Assembly (NCBI GenBank): GCA_002411015.1
Contig: DHPY01000104.1
Coordinates: 56,101 to 120,100, forward strand
DNA length: 64,000 bases
Source of the DNA: Armatimonadetes bacterium UBA5352
GTDB lineage: Bacteria > Armatimonadota > Zipacnadia > Zipacnadales > UBA5352
Reading direction: 5' to 3'
Both the position numbers and the translations under genes were made by a program. This document shows positions 9,958-19,534 of the stretch, in pieces (position 1 is the stretch's first letter; every line of letters begins with the position of its first letter). The notes under the pieces are model-generated. The model searched no databases. It had not been told where the DNA came from and saw nothing but the letters and a program-made list of their open reading frames with translations.

Positions 9958-11148
9958 ATGAATGGTGTACATCACCTGTGGAGAAGGCGGAGGTGCGTGA
10001 AGGTGCCGAAGAGAGCGGTGCTGTTCCTGCTTCTGATGGCGTCGGTCCTCTGGATGTCGGGGTGTGGTGGCGGAGGTGGTGATGATGGCGACGATGGAGA
10101 TGGCGGGATGGACTCGGGCACGCCACTGATCGGCTTCTGGCAGCCGATTGATGCGACTGAGAATCCACCGGTGCCGATGGCAACGGCACTCGGGTGGGAG
10201 TCTTCATGGACCAATGCGACCTACCGCTTCAATCAGGACGGCACGGCAGTGCGCGAGGCATTCGTCTCCGGGACGTCGGTGGATGTGAGCAACGGGACGT
10301 GGATGACCGATGAGGGCGTCGGGTACATGGAATTCGATGGTGTGCGCACCACGATCAACGACAGCACCAGCCACCTCCGCGTCGCAACCATGGATATCAG
10401 CCGCGGCGGCCGCGATTTCACCGTGCGCATGGCCGAGATTGTGCCGACCACGGGGCATGACACGAACATGCTGGGGACCTGGCGGGTGCAGAGCGCGACG
10501 GTGGACGGGGTCACGGTCAATCCGGCAGCGTTCTTCGACATGGCGCCGGGCAGCGACCTGATGACCGTGCAACTGCTCTCTGACGGGCGAGCCATCGGCC
10601 GGGAGCTTGATGAGGACCGCATCGTGGAGACCGGCCAGGGGACGTGGGCGACGGTGGGCGTGACGGCGCTCCCGTCGGTGCCCGCGCCACTCAACTGGCT
10701 GGAACGATCGATCTTCGAGCCGACGATGATGCCGGTCATCACGTTCTTCGATCGTGCTACCGGCCGAAGCGTGCGCGTTGGGCTGCAGCAATGGGCACCC
10801 GCCGAAACACGCGACGCAGCGCTTGTCGGAACGTGGCAGGCCACCAGCGCCAGCCGCGGCGGCCTTCCCGCAGCTCTGAACGACATCCTCGACAGCACCC
10901 CCGCCACAACCGCCCATCTCTTCACCTTCCATGGCGATGGCACCATGGAGCAACGGGCGATGGCCGGCGCGGATGTGGATCTCGCGTTCCTGAACTGGTG
11001 GTGGACGCCTTCAGCCAACCAGCTCCGTCTGGATTCCGTCGACGCAGAACCCGCGATGGAGTTCGGCTACGCTCTGCTCGGGACGCAGTTGAGCGTCAAC
11101 TTCATGGACGAGGGCATCCCGGTCAGCATCGTCTTCACGAAGCAGTAG
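9958..11148 (+). CDS. Lipoprotein with lipocalin-like GTW repeats, function unknown
   Basis: Lipobox LWMSGC, then a Gly/Asp-rich linker (GGGGGDDGDDGDGG). Repeated NGTW/LGTW/QGTW/VGTW motifs are typical of lipocalin-like beta-barrel domains. An alternative GTG start at 9997 with a GGCGGAGG RBS gives a cleaner signal peptide MKVPKRAVLFLLLMASVLWMSGC. An AT-rich putative promoter lies just upstream (9905-9950). Confidence 0.55.
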   Translation: MNGVHHLWRRRRCVKVPKRAVLFLLLMASVLWMSGCGGGGGDDGDDGDGGMDSGTPLIGFWQPIDATENPPVPMATALGWESSWTNATYRFNQDGTAVREAFVSGTSVDVSNGTWMTDEGVGYMEFDGVRTTINDSTSHLRVATMDISRGGRDFTVRMAEIVPTTGHDTNMLGTWRVQSATVDGVTVNPAAFFDMAPGSDLMTVQLLSDGRAIGRELDEDRIVETGQGTWATVGVTALPSVPAPLNWLERSIFEPTMMPVITFFDRATGRSVRVGLQQWAPAETRDAALVGTWQATSASRGGLPAALNDILDSTPATTAHLFTFHGDGTMEQRAMAGADVDLAFLNWWWTPSANQLRLDSVDAEPAMEFGYALLGTQLSVNFMDEGIPVSIVFTKQ

Positions 11149-11446
11149 AGAGCGAGTCTTCAGCCATTCGGCTTCAGCACCGCCTTGACCACGCGCAGGC
11201 GCTCGACGTCCTCAAGCGCCTGCGCAGCCTCATTCAGCGCGACAGGCATCGTGGCCGACCTCCTGGTGGCGCGCCAAGGCGGAATGGGTTTCCGCGAAGC
11301 CGCGCCACTTACCCGCGCAGTGTCCCCGGTGCCCTTCCCCCGACCTTTCACCTTTCGTCTGCCGGGGCAGGTTGATGGGCACGTCGCGGAGAAGGACAGT
11401 CGGACTGAACCATGTCAGGCCGCAATAGCTAACGGAGGTTGTAAGA

Positions 11447-12730
11447 ATGCCTGAGAAGCTCGCCATTGATGGCGGACCAAAGAGCGTTGACGATTCGATG
11501 GTGAAGTCGTGGCCCCCGCACGATGAGCGGGATCGCAAAGCGGTCATGGACGTATTCGACAGCGACATCTTCCACGGCAACGCCGCACCGCATGCGCTGG
11601 CGATGCAGGAGAAGTGGCAGGAGTACTGCGGCTGCAAGTACGCGCTGGTCACGAACTCGGGCACCTCTGCGCTGCACATGGCCGTCGCGGCGGCAGGCGT
11701 GCTTCCCGGCGATGAGGTCATCACGAGCGCCTTCAGCTTCTGGGCGTCGGCGGCCGCGATCCTGCATCACTGCGCGATCCCGACCTTCGTGGACATCGAC
11801 CCAGTCTACTACACGATGGATCCGGCCAAGATCGAAGCCGCGATCACCCCGCGGACCACGGCCATTCTGCCGGTGCATATCCACGGCATGCCCGCGAACC
11901 TCGGGCCGATCCTCGAGATCGCGAAGAAGCACAACCTGAAGGTCATCCACGATGCTTGCCAGGCACATGGCGCCACATTCAACGGCCAGCGCCTCGGCGG
12001 CATCGAGTTCACCACCGGCTTCTCGACCAACCGCAGCAAGAACCTCTCCTCCGGTGAGGGCGGCATCTTCACCACCGATGATGACGACGCCTACGAGCAC
12101 GCGCGCCGGATGCGCGAGTTCGGCGAGGTCGTTCCGCCGAGCGGGCAGCAGCGCGAGTACAACGCGTTCGGCCTCGGCTGGAACTACCGCCCGCATGAGT
12201 TCGTGAACGCGTTCATGGTCAGCCAGTTTGAGCGCCTGCCTGAGAACAACGCGAAGCGCCAGGAGCTTGCGCGCTACCTGACCGCTGAGCTTGCGCAGAT
12301 CCCGGGCGTCGAGGGCCCGGCGGAGCCGCCGTGGGGCGAGCCGGTCTACTTCACCTACGTGGTCGAGTTCAAGCCTGATCAGGTGGGCCTCGACTGCACC
12401 GCCGGTGAGATGAAGGCAGCCTGCGTGAAGGCGCTTGCAGCCGAGGGCATCGGCATGGGCCAGTGGCAGACGCGCCCGATTCCGGGCCAGGACGTGCTCG
12501 TGCAGAAGCAGGGCTTCGGCCGCGGCGTGCCGTGGGTGCTCAATCCGGACGTCGACTATGACTACCGCGGCGAGGACTACCCGCTGACAATCGAGTTCAT
12601 CGCGGCGCACAGCTACCTGCGCGCGGTCTACCCGCCGAACGACGTGGAACTGATGCAGCGCTACGTTGCGGGCTTCCGCAAGGTCATGGACAACACCGAC
12701 CGCGTGATGGAGCTCGCGCAGCAGGCGTAA
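11447..12730 (+). CDS. DegT/DnrJ/EryC1/StrS family PLP-dependent sugar aminotransferase/dehydratase
   Basis: GGAGG RBS. LAIDGGPK...ALVTNSGTSALHMA...DEVITSAFSFWASA...FSTNRSKNLSSGEGG shows the family-wide motifs and the PLP-Lys region. Confidence 0.9.
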   Translation: MPEKLAIDGGPKSVDDSMVKSWPPHDERDRKAVMDVFDSDIFHGNAAPHALAMQEKWQEYCGCKYALVTNSGTSALHMAVAAAGVLPGDEVITSAFSFWASAAAILHHCAIPTFVDIDPVYYTMDPAKIEAAITPRTTAILPVHIHGMPANLGPILEIAKKHNLKVIHDACQAHGATFNGQRLGGIEFTTGFSTNRSKNLSSGEGGIFTTDDDDAYEHARRMREFGEVVPPSGQQREYNAFGLGWNYRPHEFVNAFMVSQFERLPENNAKRQELARYLTAELAQIPGVEGPAEPPWGEPVYFTYVVEFKPDQVGLDCTAGEMKAACVKALAAEGIGMGQWQTRPIPGQDVLVQKQGFGRGVPWVLNPDVDYDYRGEDYPLTIEFIAAHSYLRAVYPPNDVELMQRYVAGFRKVMDNTDRVMELAQQA

Positions 12731-12750
12731 CCGCGTCATTGCCCTAGTGA

Positions 12751-12790
12751 GGGGCCGGATCGAGGGCGACCCGGCCCCTATATGTCTGGA
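12751..12790 (+). terminator. Intrinsic-terminator-like hairpin after the DegT gene (8-bp GC stem ggggccgg/ccggcccc followed by UAUAUGUCUGG)
   Basis: The stem-loop and U-rich tract lie 20 nt after the stop at 12730 and ahead of the next gene's RBS. Confidence 0.45.
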
Positions 12791-12800
12791 GGCACACCCA

Positions 12801-14126
12801 ATGCTCAATGCCGGCCTTGCTGAGATTGATGTGACCCCGCCGCTCGGGATCGCGATGAGCGGGCACTGGAGTGTCCGCTACGCCGACCAGGTGCGCGATC
12901 CGCTCTTCGCGCACGCGATGGTCATTGCGAACGGGCAGGACCCGCCGATATGCCTCATCACCGTGGACGTGCTCTCCGTGCAGCGCGGCACGGTGCTCCG
13001 CTGCCGCAAGGCCATCGAGCAGGCCACCGGCATCCCGGCGGAGCGTATCGCGATCTCCGCCACGCACACCCACTACGGGCCGCTCGTGGCGCGCATCTGG
13101 ACGCGCGATCTGCTGCCCGATGGCGACTACCTCGCGAAGCTCGAGGCGGGGATCGTCGAAGCCGCCACTGCCGCGTGGAACGCGCGGCAGCCCGCGCAGA
13201 TCGCCATCGGCTGGGCCTTCGAGGGCCGGCTCTCCTTCAACCGCCGCTTCATGATGCGCTCGGGCGAGGTCGTCATGCACCCGCCGCCCGGCAGCACGGA
13301 CATCCTCTATCAGGAGGGGAAGACCGACCCGGAGGTGAGCGTCATCTCCGTGCGCGACGTCGACGGGAAGCCGCTCGGCTGGTGGACGAACTTCGCCTGC
13401 CACGCCACCGTCTCCGGCCAGTCCACCGCGATCTCCGCGGACTACCCCGGCGAGCTGTCGGCTGAGATGAAGCGTCGCCACGGTGAAGGCGTCATCACTC
13501 TCTTCGGCAACGGCTGCTGCGGCAACCTCTGCCAGATCGATGTCTTCGACCCGGACCGCCCGCGCAACGGCGACCCGATCCTCCGCGCGCTCGCGGAAGG
13601 CATTGCCGACGCCGTGGATCGCGCCGAGCAGGCCGCGGAGTTCGCCGATGACCTGCGGCTCGATGCGCGCGCGGTGGAGACTCAGATCCCGCTACGCCAC
13701 GTGGACCCTCAGGTCGAGCAGGCGGCGCGCGCGCTGCTCGAGGATGAGGAGTATGACGAGAGCGACGCGCTGGCGTCTCGCGAGCACACCTACGCGCGGA
13801 TGATCGTGGAGCTGGTCGAGGAGAAGCGCGAGCGGCCGCTGACGCCCGCTGAGATACAGGCGTTCCGGATCGGCGATGTCGGGCTGGTCATGCTGCCGGG
13901 CGAGGTGTTCGTGGAGCACGGGCTGGCGATCAAGCTGCAGTCGCCGGCGGCGCGCACGTTCGTGGTTGAGCTGGCGAACGGGATCGTCGGCTACATCCCG
14001 ACGCGAGAGGCCTTCGGCGGCGGCGGCTACGAGCAGCGCCTCGGGAACAACAGCAAGCTCTCGCCGGTTGCGGGCGAGATCATGTCGGAGAGCGCGCTGG
14101 CGCTGCTCGACTCGATGTTCCGCTAG
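12801..14126 (+). CDS. Neutral/alkaline ceramidase-like N-terminal-domain hydrolase (putative)
   Basis: GGAGG RBS and ATG at 12801. MLNAGLAEIDVTPPLGIAMSGH...PPICLITVDVL...IAISATHTHYGP resembles the ceramidase_alk N-domain pattern. The assignment is from motifs only. Confidence 0.45.
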   Translation: MLNAGLAEIDVTPPLGIAMSGHWSVRYADQVRDPLFAHAMVIANGQDPPICLITVDVLSVQRGTVLRCRKAIEQATGIPAERIAISATHTHYGPLVARIWTRDLLPDGDYLAKLEAGIVEAATAAWNARQPAQIAIGWAFEGRLSFNRRFMMRSGEVVMHPPPGSTDILYQEGKTDPEVSVISVRDVDGKPLGWWTNFACHATVSGQSTAISADYPGELSAEMKRRHGEGVITLFGNGCCGNLCQIDVFDPDRPRNGDPILRALAEGIADAVDRAEQAAEFADDLRLDARAVETQIPLRHVDPQVEQAARALLEDEEYDESDALASREHTYARMIVELVEEKRERPLTPAEIQAFRIGDVGLVMLPGEVFVEHGLAIKLQSPAARTFVVELANGIVGYIPTREAFGGGGYEQRLGNNSKLSPVAGEIMSESALALLDSMFR

Positions 14127-15181
14127 CGTTCGGCTGCCAGCAGATCGGCTACGGTGCGGTGCGGCGATGGCATCGCGAGCGCCTCAAGCTCGCCCGCCAG
14201 CGCCCACCGCGCTTCACCATGCCACGTGGGCGCGATCTCGCCGCCGGTGTGCGTGCAGCGGTGTACCGCCAACTCCACGCGCCGGTTCATCACGCCGTAG
14301 GCGAACTGCGTGAGGCGCTCCCCCACCTCGATCTCAACGCTCAGCGTGCGCAGCAGGTGCTTACCGAGCACCTGCCGAGGCTCATCACCGGTGCGGAGCG
14401 GCACGCTCGGGAACTCCCACAGCCCTCCCCACTGCCCCTCCACCGGGCGCTTCGCGATGAGGACGCGGTCGCCGGCATACACTACGCCCGCGACCTCAGC
14501 CATCTGCCTTAGCGGCTGCGAGCGGGCCTCCGGGACGCGATCCTGCAGCCCCTGCCGGCGCGCCTCGCAGACGTCCGTGAGCGGGCAGATCAGGCAGCCG
14601 GGCCTGCCCGGGATGCAGATCAGCGCCCCAAGCTCCATCAGCGCCTGGTTGAAGTCGCCCGGGCGCTCCTCGGGCAGCACCTCGCGCGCCCGCAAGGCGA
14701 CCTCCCGACGCACCTCCGTCGCATCGCCCTGCAGCGCGAACAGCCGCGCCAGCACACGGATCACGTTCGCATCAACGGCTGGCAGCGGATCACCGCACGC
14801 GATGCTCAGCACCGCCCCCGCGGTGTACTCGCCGACGCCCGGCAGCGCCCTCAGCGCATCGTACGTGCGCGGGAAGACGCCGCCGTGTTCGCCGACCACT
14901 CTCTGCGCGGCCGCGTGCAGGTTCCGCGCCCGGGAGTAGTACCCGAGCCCCTCCCAGTGCCGCAGGACCTCGTCCAGCGGCGTCTGCGCCAGCGCCTCGA
15001 CCGACGGGAACGCGGCCATGAAGCGCTCGTAGTAGCCGATGACGCGGTCCACCTGCGTCTGCTGCAGCATCACCTCGGAGACCCAGATGCGGTAGGGATC
15101 GCTCGTCCGCCGCCACGGAAGATCGCGCTTGTGCCGATCGAACCACGCGAGCAACGGCCCGGCTATCCCTCGCACAGCCAC
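14123..15181 (-). CDS. mutY: A/G-specific adenine DNA glycosylase
   Basis: HhH-GPD core VSEVMLQQTQVDRV...LPGVGEYTAGAV. The 4Fe-4S cluster loop CIPGRPGCLICPLTDVC and a C-terminal NUDIX-like domain follow. Confidence 0.9.
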   Translation of the reverse strand: MAVRGIAGPLLAWFDRHKRDLPWRRTSDPYRIWVSEVMLQQTQVDRVIGYYERFMAAFPSVEALAQTPLDEVLRHWEGLGYYSRARNLHAAAQRVVGEHGGVFPRTYDALRALPGVGEYTAGAVLSIACGDPLPAVDANVIRVLARLFALQGDATEVRREVALRAREVLPEERPGDFNQALMELGALICIPGRPGCLICPLTDVCEARRQGLQDRVPEARSQPLRQMAEVAGVVYAGDRVLIAKRPVEGQWGGLWEFPSVPLRTGDEPRQVLGKHLLRTLSVEIEVGERLTQFAYGVMNRRVELAVHRCTHTGGEIAPTWHGEARWALAGELEALAMPSPHRTVADLLAAER

Positions 15182-16683
15182 GCCTCGATCTGCGCCTCAT
15201 CCTCATCGGTCCACGGCCGGATGTCCTCTATGCACTGCCGGTCGAAGCCGGAGTAGATGCGGGCCATCGTGTCACGGTAGGTGCCATCCGCCAGCGTCTT
15301 CTCCCGCCAGGCGGTGAAGTTCGCGCGGTCGTAGGCCTTCGCGCGGGCGTCAATCGCCTCGCGATCGAAGTTCGCGGCGAGGATGCCCTCCATCTCCGCG
15401 ACCACGTCGGGCCGCTCTTTCGCCACGTCATGAAGCTCCCACGGATCGGCCGCGAGGTCGTAAAGCTGCGGCTCGTAGCCCACGTAGCTCACATGCTTCC
15501 AGCGATCGCGGCGCAGCATGTAGGTACCAGTGATGACGCGGTCGCCGTTGTACTCGCAGAAGGCCCAGTCGCGCTCTCGAGGCGCATCCGAGATAAGCTG
15601 CGGCATCAGCGACTCGCCCTCGATGCTCTCCGGCCAGGCAGGCCCGTTCGCGTGATCCTCGTAGCGCGTCCGTGCCATGTCCATGAAGGTCGGGTAGAGA
15701 TCAATCAGCGAGACGGGCGTACCCACGGCCGCTCCACGGCGTACATCCGGTCCGGAGACGATCAGCGGAATGTGACTGGATGGTTCGTACATCGTGCGCT
15801 TGAGGATCTGCCCGTGCTCGCCCGCCATCTCGCCGTGGTCGCTCGAGAAGACCACGTAGGTGCTCTCGCGAAGCCCCAGGTCATCGAGCGTGTTCAGCAC
15901 CTGCCCGACCACCTCATCGAGCGCCACGATCATCGCGTAGTAGACGTGCCGGATACGCCGGACCATCGCCTCAGAGAGGCCCTTGTCGCAGTTCTTCGCG
16001 ATGCGCGTGTAACGCGTAACCGGGTGGTCATCGTCGCGCACAGATCCGATGTCGGGAGGCAGCACGATCGCGCCGGGGTCAATCATGTCCATGTGCCACT
16101 GTGCCGCGCGGAAGGCGGGATGGACGAGCCCGGTGGTGAGGTAGCAGTAGAAAGGCGACTGCTGCCGCGAGGCTGCCTGCATCCAGTTGCAGGCCTGCCA
16201 GGTCCAGTCCCAGTCGCGCCGGTAGGGCGAGTCGTCCTTCGTGACCTCCGGCAGCGGAGTGCGGCTGATCGGCCGGTGGATGCCCGCCGATCGCGTCCAT
16301 GAGCCGACCTGGTCGCGGATCGAGTGCATCCCCCACGCGTAGTCGAGCGGGCCGATCATGCTTGTCTGATAGCCAGCACCGCTCAGAGCATCGTGCAGCA
16401 TCGGCGTGCCCTCGCGCAGGCCCTCGTGGTTGTTCCAGCAGTCCCGGAAATGCGGGTACTTACCGGTGAACATGCTCGCTCGCGAGGGGTTGCAGACCGG
16501 GCAGACGGTGTAGGCGTTTGTGAAGAGCACGCCATCCTCGGCAAGCGAGTCGATGTTCGGCGTGAGGCCCTGAAGCGCCGGCTCACCCATGCAGCCGAGC
16601 TTCCTTCCATCGAGGCTCTCGGCGTGGAAGTGCACAATGTTGGGCCGGTCGGCGTCGAAGCGAGGGCGATCTGCGCGGGGCAT
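15163..16683 (-). CDS. Sulfatase (S1 family, formylglycine-dependent)
   Basis: N-terminal NIVHFHAESLDG...TVCPVCNPSRASMFTGKYPH carries the C-x-P-x-R fGly motif and metal-binding Asp/His residues. The length is typical at 506 aa. Confidence 0.9.
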   Translation of the reverse strand: MPRADRPRFDADRPNIVHFHAESLDGRKLGCMGEPALQGLTPNIDSLAEDGVLFTNAYTVCPVCNPSRASMFTGKYPHFRDCWNNHEGLREGTPMLHDALSGAGYQTSMIGPLDYAWGMHSIRDQVGSWTRSAGIHRPISRTPLPEVTKDDSPYRRDWDWTWQACNWMQAASRQQSPFYCYLTTGLVHPAFRAAQWHMDMIDPGAIVLPPDIGSVRDDDHPVTRYTRIAKNCDKGLSEAMVRRIRHVYYAMIVALDEVVGQVLNTLDDLGLRESTYVVFSSDHGEMAGEHGQILKRTMYEPSSHIPLIVSGPDVRRGAAVGTPVSLIDLYPTFMDMARTRYEDHANGPAWPESIEGESLMPQLISDAPRERDWAFCEYNGDRVITGTYMLRRDRWKHVSYVGYEPQLYDLAADPWELHDVAKERPDVVAEMEGILAANFDREAIDARAKAYDRANFTAWREKTLADGTYRDTMARIYSGFDRQCIEDIRPWTDEDEAQIEAWLCEG

Positions 16684-16880
16684 CCGGGTATCACCTCGGC
16701 TGCGATAGTCCGTGCGACACCCGGATATTTCCCGGGGTGAGGCGGCAGTCCTGCCTTACGGACGGCTGGATCTCGGGAGGTGCGGCCCGGTTGCCTGGGG
16801 AATCTCTCAGTCACCGGCTGATCTCGGTCTGCCAGGGTCTTGAATCATAGTGAGGGCTGCACAGAGGGAGCGTAATCCCG

Positions 16881-17381
16881 ATGAAGGTTGTTGTCGGCTC
16901 GGTTGTTAAGGGACTCACCCTCAAGAGCGCGATCGTTGAGTGGCTCGAGGAGAACGGGCACGAGGCGATTGATGTCGGAGTCTACGGTACGGACACGTTC
17001 GTGAAGTTCCCGTCCGTTGCCGAACGCGCGGCGTATGTGCTGCAACAGGGCGATGCTGATCTGGCCGTCCTCTGCTGCGGCAGTGGCACAGGTATGTCGC
17101 TGGCGGCCAACAAGTTCCATGATGTCTGCGCGGTCTCATGCGAGAGCCCTCTCGCCGCCGAGTTCGCGCGCAAGGTCAACGACGCGAACTGCCTGTGCAT
17201 GGGCCAGAGCCTCGTTGCGGTCGATGTCGCGAAGCGGATGGTTGAGGTCTTCCTGCGCGCGCGTTTTCAGGATGTTCCCGGCATTCCGCAGGAGGTGCTC
17301 AACTTCTGGGACGAGGCGGCGGACGAGATCATCGCAGACGGCGACACCGCTGCCGATGTAGAGATGGAGACGCTGGATTGA
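16881..17381 (+). CDS. rpiB: Ribose-5-phosphate isomerase B (RpiB/LacA/LacB family)
   Basis: MKVVVGSVVKG...LCCGSGTGMSLAANKF...NCLCMGQSLV. Family size is about 150-170 aa. GAGGGAG RBS. Confidence 0.9.
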   Translation: MKVVVGSVVKGLTLKSAIVEWLEENGHEAIDVGVYGTDTFVKFPSVAERAAYVLQQGDADLAVLCCGSGTGMSLAANKFHDVCAVSCESPLAAEFARKVNDANCLCMGQSLVAVDVAKRMVEVFLRARFQDVPGIPQEVLNFWDEAADEIIADGDTAADVEMETLD

Positions 17382-17388
17382 TGGGAGA

Positions 17389-18144
17389 GTGAACGGACAC
17401 ACTGAGTATCTACTGATCTTCGCGACGATACTTCTCTCGAACACCGCGAGCAGCCTCGTCGGCTTCGGCGGCAGCATCCTTGCGCTGCCGTTCGTGGCGA
17501 TGCTCATCGGCGTGAAGGCGGCCGTGCCGGTGCTCGTAGTGCAGGCCTGGGTGCTCGCAGTCTTCATCTGCTGCCACGCGCACCGCAGCATCTCCTGGCG
17601 TGACTGGGCGAAGATCGTCGGCTTCGTCGTGGTCGGCCTGCCGGTCGGCCTCTGGGCGGCAGGGGTGGTGCCGGAGGCGCCGCTTAAGCTCATCGTGGGG
17701 CTCTTCACGCTGGGCCTGGGGGTCTACGGCATCATCCGGCCACTGCCACGCGCGGACAGCCGCGAGCGCCTCATCGGCTGGAAGGGCCGCGCGATGACCG
17801 CGCTGCTGGCGCTCGGTGGAGTGGTGCACGGAGCCTTCGCCACCGGCGGGCCGCTTATCGTCGTGTACGGCACCCGCGCGATGCCGGAGAAGAGCACCTT
17901 CCGCGTCACGATGAGCGCCACGTGGCTCACTCTGAATACGATCCTGCTCGTGCAGTGGTTCATACGCGGCAGCTTCACCGCGCCGCAACTGAAACTCGCG
18001 GCAATGTGCATCCCGTTCACATTGGCCGGAATGGTCTTCGGCACGGCTGCGCACTACCGGGTGGAGGAACTGCTCTTCCGCCGCATACTCTACGTGGTGC
18101 TGGTCATCGCGTCGCTGATGCTGCTGCGGTCGGCGCTGGCGTGA
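17389..18144 (+). CDS. TauE/SafE (DUF81) family sulfite/anion exporter-type membrane permease
   Basis: Two internally repeated 4-TM halves with GFGGSILALPF and GGVVHGAFATGGPLIVVY motifs. The start codon is uncertain; the GTG at 17389 is embedded in a GGGAGAG RBS. Confidence 0.7.
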   Translation: MNGHTEYLLIFATILLSNTASSLVGFGGSILALPFVAMLIGVKAAVPVLVVQAWVLAVFICCHAHRSISWRDWAKIVGFVVVGLPVGLWAAGVVPEAPLKLIVGLFTLGLGVYGIIRPLPRADSRERLIGWKGRAMTALLALGGVVHGAFATGGPLIVVYGTRAMPEKSTFRVTMSATWLTLNTILLVQWFIRGSFTAPQLKLAAMCIPFTLAGMVFGTAAHYRVEELLFRRILYVVLVIASLMLLRSALA

Positions 18145-18458
18145 CCGATCACCACGTTCCTACGGGCCGGGCGCTCACCCACGCAGAACACGCGCCCGGT
18201 ACCGCGCACGTACACCCGCCCGTGCGAAGGAGGGCGTCGCCTAGATGCTCTCGCCGAAGGCGCCACGAAACCGCGCCGCCAGCGATCCTGCGGAGCCTCC
18301 GTCACCTCAGACCGAAGCGGCGGCGCAGCGTCGGCGATCGCGCGCGCGTCAGCGTCAGTGCCGGCGGGTTCCTGCTGGCACGACGCGACGATCGCGGCCA
18401 CCACCAGTCCCAGCGCCACCATCGCGACGACCGCGACTGGGCCCGATCTCACTCTCAC
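18090..18458 (-). CDS. Small putative lipoprotein, translationally coupled (GTGA overlap) to the upstream beta-lactamase-family gene
   Basis: Signal/lipobox-like N-terminus MVALGLVVAAIVASCQQ. The 3' end overlaps the TauE gene by about 54 nt, so it may be spurious. Confidence 0.25.
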   Translation of the reverse strand: MRVRSGPVAVVAMVALGLVVAAIVASCQQEPAGTDADARAIADAAPPLRSEVTEAPQDRWRRGFVAPSARASRRRPPSHGRVYVRGTGRVFCVGERPARRNVVIGHASADRSSISDAMTSTT

Positions 18459-19531
18459 TCCGCCACCTCCGCGGCAATCGCCCCGATCTCGCGGCGCATC
18501 TGCTCGACATCCGCCTCGCGGCTGGAATGCACGCGGTTCGCCAGCAGGATCACGATCATCCCACTCGCGCGATCGGCCCAGACGCAGGTCCCCGTGTAGC
18601 CGGTGTGGCCGACGCTCTCGGGGGTCGGCGCGCCATGCATGTGCGGATCGGTTGCGTGGCCGAGCCGCCAGCCGATGCAGCGGCGGCCATCCGGGGCGCC
18701 GGCCTGCGGCTCGAGCATCATCTCCACCGTCTCCGGCCGCAGCACCCGTGCGCCATCAAGCTCACCGTACGCGAGGATCATCCGCATGAACCGCCAGAGA
18801 TCCGTGGCCGTTGAGAACAGCCCCGCGTTCCCGCCCGCGCCGCCGAGATACCGAGAGTTCTCATCATGCACATCGCCCAGCAGCACGCCCTCGGGAAGGC
18901 GCTCGGTGGCCGCACAGCGCCCAGTCAGCTCTCGCGAGGGGCAGAAGCCCGTGTCACCCATACCGAGTGGCCCAAAGACGCGCTCTCGCGAGAGGTCCTC
19001 GACGCCGCGCTCGGACGCCAGCCGCACGATGTGCGTGAGCAGGATGAAGCCGAGGCAGGAGTAGATCGTGCCCTCGCCCGGCTCATATTCCTGCGGCAGG
19101 CGGCAGATCTCCCCCACCACGCGCTCCCAGCGCTCCTCGGGCGGCACCTCGTAGCCGAGCAGAGTCGGGTAGTTGCGATGCGCGGGCAGCCCCGATGAAT
19201 GCGCCAGCAGGTGACGGAGCGTCACGCGCCCGTCACGGAACTCCGGCAGCCAGCGCTGCACCGCGTCCTCGAGCGACAGCACACCGCGCTCAACAAGCTG
19301 CATCACCACCGTGGTGGTCGCCACGACCTTCGTCACCGAGGCCATGTCGAAGACCGTGTCGGGCTCCATCGGCAGCCGTCCAGGCTCCCACGAGCGCTCC
19401 CCCACTGCGTCGAGGCACAGCGTCTCATCGCCTCGCGCGATCAGGCATACGGCGCCGGGGGTCTGCCCGGTCGCGATCGCGTCCTCGATGGCACCGTGCA
19501 CGGCTTCGGCCAGCTTCGCGTCTGTGCGCAT
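18455..19531 (-). CDS. Serine hydrolase, beta-lactamase/transpeptidase-like family (class C/esterase EstB-like)
   Basis: SxxK motif FDMASVTKVV, YxN-like and HSSG regions. It is 358 aa with no signal peptide. Confidence 0.85.
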   Translation of the reverse strand: MRTDAKLAEAVHGAIEDAIATGQTPGAVCLIARGDETLCLDAVGERSWEPGRLPMEPDTVFDMASVTKVVATTTVVMQLVERGVLSLEDAVQRWLPEFRDGRVTLRHLLAHSSGLPAHRNYPTLLGYEVPPEERWERVVGEICRLPQEYEPGEGTIYSCLGFILLTHIVRLASERGVEDLSRERVFGPLGMGDTGFCPSRELTGRCAATERLPEGVLLGDVHDENSRYLGGAGGNAGLFSTATDLWRFMRMILAYGELDGARVLRPETVEMMLEPQAGAPDGRRCIGWRLGHATDPHMHGAPTPESVGHTGYTGTCVWADRASGMIVILLANRVHSSREADVEQMRREIGAIAAEVAE

Positions 19532-19534
19532 GGT

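Noticed and set aside
10060-10110. Repetitive ggtggtgatgatggcgacgatggagatggc stretch
   Set aside because: It is a coding Gly/Asp-rich linker inside the lipoprotein (GGGGGDDGDDGDGG), not a CRISPR or tandem-repeat locus.
11429-12808. 459-aa ORF antisense to the DegT aminotransferase
   Set aside because: DegT motifs are unambiguous on the plus strand, so the antisense frame is an open-frame artefact.
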